Assembly (NCBI GenBank): GCA_963851265.1
Contig: CAWKNZ010000006.1
Location: 32,001-96,000, forward strand
Direction of reading: 5' to 3'
DNA length: 64,000 nucleotides
From: an uncultured Gemmatimonadales bacterium
GTDB lineage: Bacteria > Gemmatimonadota > Gemmatimonadetes > Gemmatimonadales > Gemmatimonadaceae
Shown here piece by piece: positions 58,180 through 64,000 of the stretch (positions within the stretch are counted from its first letter, which is position 1; every line of letters starts with the position of its first letter). The notes under the pieces were generated by a model, which was given only the letters and a program-made list of their open reading frames with translations, made no database searches and had not been told where the DNA came from. Both the position numbers and the translations under genes were made by a program.

Positions 58180-60645
58180 TCACGCGGTCGACGTTCCACG
58201 ACCGCTGCCGCCCGTGCCGCGCGTGAGCCGGCGCAGCACGAAGCCGAGTACAACCGCCGCGACCACGAGCCCGGCCTGCGCCGTGGTCACGCCCGTGAGC
58301 ACCGCCGCGACCAGCAGCAGCCCGCCGCCCCAGGCCACGGGCGCGGCGGGGATGTGGACCGTCGCCGGCGGCGCACCGGCGCGCCGGCGTAGGGCGGGCA
58401 GGGCGGCGCACGTCACCCCGTAAACCAGCAACCGCGCTGCGGTACTCACCGTGAGCGCGCCGCGAAACGTGCTCACGGCGGCGAGCACGAAGAACGACAG
58501 GGCGACGGCGCCGAGCGCGACCGAGGGCGTGCGAAAGCGGGGGTGGATGCGCCCCAGGACCGCGGGCAGCTCGCCGGCGTCGGCCATCGCGAGCGTGAGG
58601 CGCGACGCGGCGAGCAGCGCGGTGTGGAGCGTCCCCGCGATGGCGATCACGGCGCCGGCGACGACCACCGGCACCGCGGCGGCCCCGGCGATCTGCCGCG
58701 CCGCCGCGGCCAGCGGGCGCTCGGTGGTCGCCAGCTCCGGCACGGCGCCCACGCACACCGCCTGAACCGCGACGTAGAGCAGTGCGACCGCTACCAGCCC
58801 GGCGCCCAGCGCGACCGGGAGGTCGCGCCGCGGATCGCGGCTCTCCCCCGCGGCGATCACGGCCGTCTCGAAACCGGAGAACGCGAAGCAGAGCAGGAGC
58901 ACCGCCGTGCCGAACGCGGGCGCCGGCGGCGGAGCGCGTAACGCGAGGCGCGACGGCGCGACCGCGAACGCCCCCGCGACGACGAGCGCGACGATGGGCA
59001 GGAGCTTGGCCGCGGTCACGGCCGTACTCACCGCCGCGGCCACCCGGATGCCGCGCGCGTGGACGGCCGTGAGCGCGGCGAGGGCGACGACGATCACGAG
59101 CAGGCGTCCGCGCCCCGCGCCCGCGCCGGGCACGACCTGCGCGAGGTATTGCGCGAGCAGTCCGCAGAGCGCCGCGCCGCCCGCCAGACGCGCGACGAGG
59201 AGGAGCCACCCCGTGACGAAGCCGACGCGCACCCCGAACGCCTCGCGGGCATACAGATAAGGGCCACCGGTCGCGTCGAAGCGGCTTGCGACCTCGGCGA
59301 AGCACAGCACCACGAGCCCGATCACGATCGCGCTCGCGACCACCGCCGGCACGCTGTAGGCGCCCACGAGCCCGGCCACCGTCGACGGCAGCCCGTACAC
59401 CGCAGCGCCGACGACGCTGTTGATGGTCAGAGCGAGCAGTCCGCCGCGCCCGATCCCGCGCGCGAGGCCGCCGCCGGCGGCGCTCGTCAGGTGACCGGCG
59501 CCGCGCGCCCGCTCCCGTCGCGGCCCGCTCCGTCGTGGCGCCGCTCCGTCGTCGGCCGCCGCGCCGGGGTGCGCCGCCGGCGGCGCGACGCCACCGCGCA
59601 GCCTCGGCATCACGAGCTCGCCGAAGCGGCGGCACTCCTCGAGGTGCGGGTACCCCGACAGGATGAACGTCGAGATGCCTAACGCCTGGTAGGCGCGCAG
59701 CTTCGCCTCGACCTGCCCCGGGTCGCCGACGATCGCGACGCCCACGCCGGTGCGCGCCAGGCCCACGCCCGCCCAGAGGTTCTCCTCGACGACGAGCGAC
59801 GGCCCCCCGCTCAGCGCGGCCTGCCGCCGCTGCCCCTCGGAATCGACGCCGGACGCGGACGCGACGAAGCGGCGGCGGACCTCGGGGTCGATCCGGCTGA
59901 TGAGCCGTTCGGCCGCCTCCCACGCCTCGGACTCGGACTCGCGCACGACGACGTGGCAGCGCAGTCCGTAGCGCACGCGGCGTCCCACCCGCGCCTCCGC
60001 CGCTCGCATCGTCGACAGCCGCCGGTCGAGCATCGGGAGCGTGTCGCCCCACAGCAGGTACACGTCGGCGTGTCGCGCGGCCGTTTCCTGCGCCGCGTCG
60101 CTGTGCCCGCCGAGGTAGATCGGGATCGCCGGGCGCGGCTGCGGCGCGACGACCGCGCCGTGCAGCCGGTACCGGTCGGACTCGTGGTCCACCACCGGCT
60201 CGCTCCACAGGCGGCGCAGCAGCGCGCAGAACTCGTCGGTGCGCGCGTAGCGGGCCGCGTGGTCCTCGAAGTCGCCGTACATCGCGAGCTCGTCGGCGTT
60301 GGAACCGGTGACGACGTTCACGCGCACCCGGCCCGGGAAGAGGGTGGCAGCGGTCGCCGCCATCTTCGCGAACACGGCGGGGTGGAACATCCCGGGCCGC
60401 ACCGCGACGAGCAGCCCGGCGCCCTGCGTGCGCGCGAGCGTCGCCACCGACGCCGTCCACGCGTCGTGCTCCGCGTGGAAGTTGGTCGCCGTCAGCAGGC
60501 TCTCGAACCCCATCTCGGCCGCCGTCTCGACGAGCGCGGCCAGGTACGGGAGCGTCGGGCGGCGGGTCGGCGCGGTGCCGAGGAACTCGGCGTCGGGCGC
60601 GAGCTGGCAGAACCAGAGCAGCTCGAGCCCGTCGGGCGTGGGCAT
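58180..60645 (-). CDS. LLM-class flavin monooxygenase (SsuD-like) fused in frame to an APC amino-acid permease
   Basis: About aa 1-355 has GFESLL, LVAVRPG, VNVVTG, IYLGGHS, LWGD, FILSGYPHLEE. From about aa 386 it has TINSVVGAAVYGLP, GGPYLYAREAFG, FSGFE, AGESRDPRRDLP. No stop lies between the halves. Confidence 0.8.
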   Translation of the reverse strand: MPTPDGLELLWFCQLAPDAEFLGTAPTRRPTLPYLAALVETAAEMGFESLLTATNFHAEHDAWTASVATLARTQGAGLLVAVRPGMFHPAVFAKMAATAATLFPGRVRVNVVTGSNADELAMYGDFEDHAARYARTDEFCALLRRLWSEPVVDHESDRYRLHGAVVAPQPRPAIPIYLGGHSDAAQETAARHADVYLLWGDTLPMLDRRLSTMRAAEARVGRRVRYGLRCHVVVRESESEAWEAAERLISRIDPEVRRRFVASASGVDSEGQRRQAALSGGPSLVVEENLWAGVGLARTGVGVAIVGDPGQVEAKLRAYQALGISTFILSGYPHLEECRRFGELVMPRLRGGVAPPAAHPGAAADDGAAPRRSGPRRERARGAGHLTSAAGGGLARGIGRGGLLALTINSVVGAAVYGLPSTVAGLVGAYSVPAVVASAIVIGLVVLCFAEVASRFDATGGPYLYAREAFGVRVGFVTGWLLLVARLAGGAALCGLLAQYLAQVVPGAGAGRGRLLVIVVALAALTAVHARGIRVAAAVSTAVTAAKLLPIVALVVAGAFAVAPSRLALRAPPPAPAFGTAVLLLCFAFSGFETAVIAAGESRDPRRDLPVALGAGLVAVALLYVAVQAVCVGAVPELATTERPLAAAARQIAGAAAVPVVVAGAVIAIAGTLHTALLAASRLTLAMADAGELPAVLGRIHPRFRTPSVALGAVALSFFVLAAVSTFRGALTVSTAARLLVYGVTCAALPALRRRAGAPPATVHIPAAPVAWGGGLLLVAAVLTGVTTAQAGLVVAAVVLGFVLRRLTRGTGGSGRGTSTA

Positions 60646-60663
60646 CGATGACCGTGAATTCGG

Positions 60664-62547
60664 TTACGCGGGCGGCAGCGCCCGGCGTCCCGCCAGTGCC
60701 GTCAGCTGCAGCGCGACGGCCGGCGCGGACGGCTGCTCGCGCCCCGTCAGCTGCTGACGGCGCTCCGTCCGCCCGAGCACGCGCTGGTAGAAGTCGCCGA
60801 GCGGCTCGCCGGGTGTGCCGTCGGCGCCCCAGGCTTCGAGGAGCGGGCGCACCGTGTCGAGAATCGCGTCGAGCTTGACGTCGCTCGCGTACAGGTCGGC
60901 CATGCGGTCGCCCCGCATCGAGCCGCCGACGTACACGTTGTACAGCCCGAGCGAGCGCCCGACGAACGCCAGGTCGGCCGTGTACGGCCGCGCGCAGCCG
61001 TTGGGGCACCCGGTGGAGCGCACGGTGAGCGGCGCGTCGCCGAGCCCGAGGCGCGCGAGCTCGGGCTGCAGCCGGTCGAGGATCCCGGGCAGCGCGCGCT
61101 CCGACTCGGCCACCGCGAGGCCGCACGTGGGCAGGGCGGGGCACGCCATCGAGAAGCGCCGCACGGCCGGCAGCGACTCCGCGGGCGCGACGCCGTGGGC
61201 CTCGAGGATCGCCTCGACGCGCGCGACCGCCGCGTCGGGCAGGTCCGTGAGCAGCAGGTTCTGCTGCGGGGTGAGCACCACGCCCGGGCGCAACTCCTCG
61301 ACGATCGTGCGGAGCGCCGTGCGCAGCCGCGCCGTCTCGCGATCCGAGATGCGCCCGCTCTGCACGAACACCCCGTAATGCGAGCGGCCGCCGCCCGCCG
61401 GGCGGCGGCCGAGGTGGTCGTCGGGCACGCCGGCCGCGACGGGGGCCGTGGGGTGGAGCGGGAACGCCGCACGCCGCGCGAACTCCTCGCGGAAGCGCTC
61501 GATTCCCCAGGCGGCCAGCAGGTACTTGAGGCGCGAGTGGCGGCGGTCGGCGCGGTTGCCGTGGTCGCGGAAGATGGCGGCGACGATCTGCGCGGCCGCC
61601 ACCGCGTCCCCGACCGCGACCATGCCTAACGGCTGGCCGAGCTGGGCGATGGTGTCGGGCTTGTTGGCCGTCATCCCGAGGCCGCCCCCGACGAGCACGT
61701 TGAACCCGGCGACCGTGCCGTCGTCGGCCACGACGCCGATCAACCCGACGTCCTGCGCGTAGACGTCGGTGGTGTTGTCGGTCGAGAGGGCGACGCCGAC
61801 CTTGAACTTGCGCGGCAGGTACTGCGTCCCGTAGAACGGCTCCTCCGGCGAGGGCGACGAGGCCGCCCCGGCCACGGGCGCGGCGCCGGCCGGCAGCGGC
61901 GTGCTCGCGCTCGTCTCGCGTACCACGAGCGTGTCCGGGTCGACCTGCAGGCCGTCGATCCACAGCTCGAAGTAGGCGCGACTCGCGGGACGCAGCGCGG
62001 TGGCGATCTCGCGCGCGACGCGCCGCGCGGTCGCGTGCGCGGCGTCCTCGTAGGGCGCGGCCGGCGCCATCACGTTGCGCGACACGTCGCCGCACGCGGA
62101 GATCGTCGTCGCCACGTTCTCGTTGATGGCCGCGATCGCGGGACGCAGGTCGCCCTTGAGCACGCCGTGAAACTGGAAGCCCTGGCGCGTCGTGATGCGC
62201 AGCGTGCCGTTCGCGCGCTCCTCGGCCAACCGGTCGAAGTCGAGGTACTGCTCGGCGGTCATCGCGCCGCCCGGGAGCACCACGCGCACCATGTAGCTCC
62301 AGGCGCGGTCCTGTCCGGCGGCGGCGCGGGCGCGACGCACATCGCGGTCGTCCTGCTGGTACGAGCCGTGGAACTTGAGCAGCACCACGTCGTCGTCGCC
62401 GAAGCGCGGTGCGTCCGACGCGAGCGTTTCGGCGAGCGTGCCGCGGAGGGCGCGGCTCAACCGCTTCGCGCGTTCGACCTTCGATTCGCCGGCCGGCGCG
62501 CCGTCCTCGCCCGCCGACCCCGCCGCGTCGTCCTGTGGATCCGCCAT
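60664..62547 (-). CDS. cysI: Siroheme-[4Fe-4S] sulfite reductase hemoprotein (CysI/Sir family)
   Basis: LKFHGSYQQDDRD, RITTRQ, ACGDVSRN, YLPRKFK, MACPALPTC, TGCPNGCARPY. Confidence 0.9.
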   Translation of the reverse strand: MADPQDDAAGSAGEDGAPAGESKVERAKRLSRALRGTLAETLASDAPRFGDDDVVLLKFHGSYQQDDRDVRRARAAAGQDRAWSYMVRVVLPGGAMTAEQYLDFDRLAEERANGTLRITTRQGFQFHGVLKGDLRPAIAAINENVATTISACGDVSRNVMAPAAPYEDAAHATARRVAREIATALRPASRAYFELWIDGLQVDPDTLVVRETSASTPLPAGAAPVAGAASSPSPEEPFYGTQYLPRKFKVGVALSTDNTTDVYAQDVGLIGVVADDGTVAGFNVLVGGGLGMTANKPDTIAQLGQPLGMVAVGDAVAAAQIVAAIFRDHGNRADRRHSRLKYLLAAWGIERFREEFARRAAFPLHPTAPVAAGVPDDHLGRRPAGGGRSHYGVFVQSGRISDRETARLRTALRTIVEELRPGVVLTPQQNLLLTDLPDAAVARVEAILEAHGVAPAESLPAVRRFSMACPALPTCGLAVAESERALPGILDRLQPELARLGLGDAPLTVRSTGCPNGCARPYTADLAFVGRSLGLYNVYVGGSMRGDRMADLYASDVKLDAILDTVRPLLEAWGADGTPGEPLGDFYQRVLGRTERRQQLTGREQPSAPAVALQLTALAGRRALPPA

Positions 62548-62635
62548 CTCGCCGTTCCTCCCCGCCACGTGCTGCCGTGGACGCCGGTGCGTGCGGACCC
62601 GGGTGGCCCGCCGTTCTCCCCTCACGACATCTCAG

Positions 62636-62669
62636 CCCTAACATAATCAGCACTGTAGGGGTTTGATTG
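62636..62669. promoter_or_regulatory. AT-rich divergent promoter with AATCA-N14-TGATT inverted repeat
   Basis: ccctaacataatcagcactgtaggggtttgattg between cysI and cysG, with a -10-like cataat. Confidence 0.45.
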
Positions 62670-62741
62670 CGGCTCGGTCGCGGCGGTGTGCACGCCGCCG
62701 CGAGCCATCGACAGGGCCGGTCGGCGTGGGGAGGTGCAGGC

Positions 62742-64000
62742 GTGGCAGCGTACTATCCGGTGTCGCTCGATCTCGCGGGGCGGCGGTGCGTGGTCGTCGG
62801 CGGTGGGGCGATCGCGGAAGGGAAGGTGGACGGGCTCCTCGCGGCGTGCGCGCGCGTGGCCGTCGTCGCCCCGGCGCTCTCGCCGAGCCTCGCGGCGCAT
62901 CACGAGGCCGGGCGGCTGGCGTGGGTCGCGCGCGAGTACCGCGCGGGCGATCTCGCGGGGGCGTGGCTCACCATCGCGGCGACCGACGACGGGGCCGTGA
63001 ACGACGCGGTGTGGCGCGACGCCGAGGCCGCGGGGGTGCTCGCGCAGGTGGTCGACGACCCGCCGCGGTGCCACTTCATCCTGCCGTCGATCGTCGCACG
63101 CGGCGACCTCACGGTCGCGGTGTCGACGTCGGGCAGCGCGCCGGCGCTCGCCGTGCGTCTGCGCGAGCGCATCGGCGCGATGCTCGGCGACGAGCACGCG
63201 CGCTTCCTCGCGATGGCGCGGCGCGTGCGGGCGCCGCTCGCGCGACGCACGCCCGACTTCGCGACGCGCAAGCGCGCCTGGTATGGCCTGGTCGACTCGG
63301 ACGTGCTCGAGCGGCTGCGCGCGGGCGACGAGGCCGGCGCGCGCGCGCGCTTCGTCGAGTGGCTCGGCGTCGCGCCGCCGGCGGAGGAGGAGCCGCCGGC
63401 CGCGGGCGCCGGCGGCTACGTGTGTCCGGCCGGCCGGCCGTGCGTGCCCGGCTGCACGGGGGCCGGCGCGCGCCGGGCGGCCGCGGTGCGTTCGTTAGGC
63501 ATGGAGGACGGACCGTCGGAGAATGGACCGGCGGGCGCCGCCGCGGCGGAGCGGAGCCCCGGCACCGTGTGGCTCGTCGGCGCCGGGCCGGGCGACCCGG
63601 AGCTCATCACCCTGGCCGGCGTGCGCGCGCTCCGGGGCGCGGACGTGGTGCTGTTCGACCGCCTCGCGCACCCCGACCTGCTCGAGGAGGCGCCGCCGCA
63701 CGCGCTGCGCATCGACGTCGGCAAGAGCGCGGGTGACGCGGCCGCGGGGCGGGGCATGACGCAGCGCGAGATCGACGCGCTCATCGTCGCCCACGCGTGC
63801 GCGGGGCGCGCGGTGGTGCGGCTCAAGGGTGGCGACCCGTTCGTCTTCGGCCGCGGGTCGGAGGAGGCGGCCGCGTGCGCGCGGCACGGCATCCCGTGTC
63901 GCGTCGTCCCCGGCGTGTCGAGCGCGATCGCGGCGCCGGCGTCGGCGGGGATCCCGGTCACCGCGCGCGGCACCGCCGCGTCGTTCGCCGTGGTCACCGC
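62742..64000 (+). CDS. cysG: Siroheme synthase (dehydrogenase/ferrochelatase plus uroporphyrinogen-III methyltransferase), 3' partial
   Basis: Absent from the ORF track, probably because it runs off the window edge. GGAGG-GTG start, [30 protein letters not shown], then in the same frame [34 protein letters not shown]. Confidence 0.92.
   Translation, partial: MAAYYPVSLDLAGRRCVVVGGGAIAEGKVDGLLAACARVAVVAPALSPSLAAHHEAGRLAWVAREYRAGDLAGAWLTIAATDDGAVNDAVWRDAEAAGVLAQVVDDPPRCHFILPSIVARGDLTVAVSTSGSAPALAVRLRERIGAMLGDEHARFLAMARRVRAPLARRTPDFATRKRAWYGLVDSDVLERLRAGDEAGARARFVEWLGVAPPAEEEPPAAGAGGYVCPAGRPCVPGCTGAGARRAAAVRSLGMEDGPSENGPAGAAAAERSPGTVWLVGAGPGDPELITLAGVRALRGADVVLFDRLAHPDLLEEAPPHALRIDVGKSAGDAAAGRGMTQREIDALIVAHACAGRAVVRLKGGDPFVFGRGSEEAAACARHGIPCRVVPGVSSAIAAPASAGIPVTARGTAASFAVVT

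Noticed and set aside
58124..62653. 1509-aa ORF and many other long Arg/Ala/Gly-rich ORFs (e.g. 50099-52966, 43588-46065, 7296-9761)
   Set aside because: Shadow frames of real genes, caused by stop-codon scarcity at very high GC. They have no motifs and overlap well-supported CDSs.
2252..63500. GCCTAACG as a KOPS/Chi-like replication-polar motif
   Set aside because: Both orientations occur on each side of the putative origin. Orientation follows the coding strand more than the replichore.
63283..63503. cysG split into two genes at a TAG near 63496
   Set aside because: In the coding frame the sequence reads TCG TTA GGC ATG, so the TAG is out of frame and the gene is continuous.

Overview
A very GC-rich (roughly 75% by eye) bacterial window. 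Gene style suggests Gemmatimonadota, but this is an inference I cannot verify. The core is a probable secondary-replicon (megaplasmid or chromid) maintenance locus at about 47.6-54.8 kb. It has repA-parA-parB on the minus strand and an origin-like intergenic region with four 19-bp iteron-like repeats (two forward, two reverse). It also has two identical parS-like palindromes (CGTTGTGC-G-GCACAACG), a divergent tandem winged-helix gene, and a convergent ParB paralogue that lacks the N-terminal CTPase domain. The rest is accessory cargo: a LOV blue-light hybrid kinase, PAS kinases with an Rcp1-like regulator, an MCP, an MHYT-PAS-GGDEF-EAL protein, paoABC, two alcohol dehydrogenases, a TonB-dependent receptor, a GH78 rhamnosidase, DUF305/LVIVD genes, sulfur genes (an LLM monooxygenase fused in frame to an APC permease, sulfite reductase, cysG) and several deletion pseudogenes. 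The non-palindromic octamer GCCTAACG/CGTTAGGC recurs 18 times (21 counting the 7-mer core) and often imposes rare TTA codons. No rRNA, tRNA, CRISPR array or transposase was recognised. All calls come from motif reading by eye.
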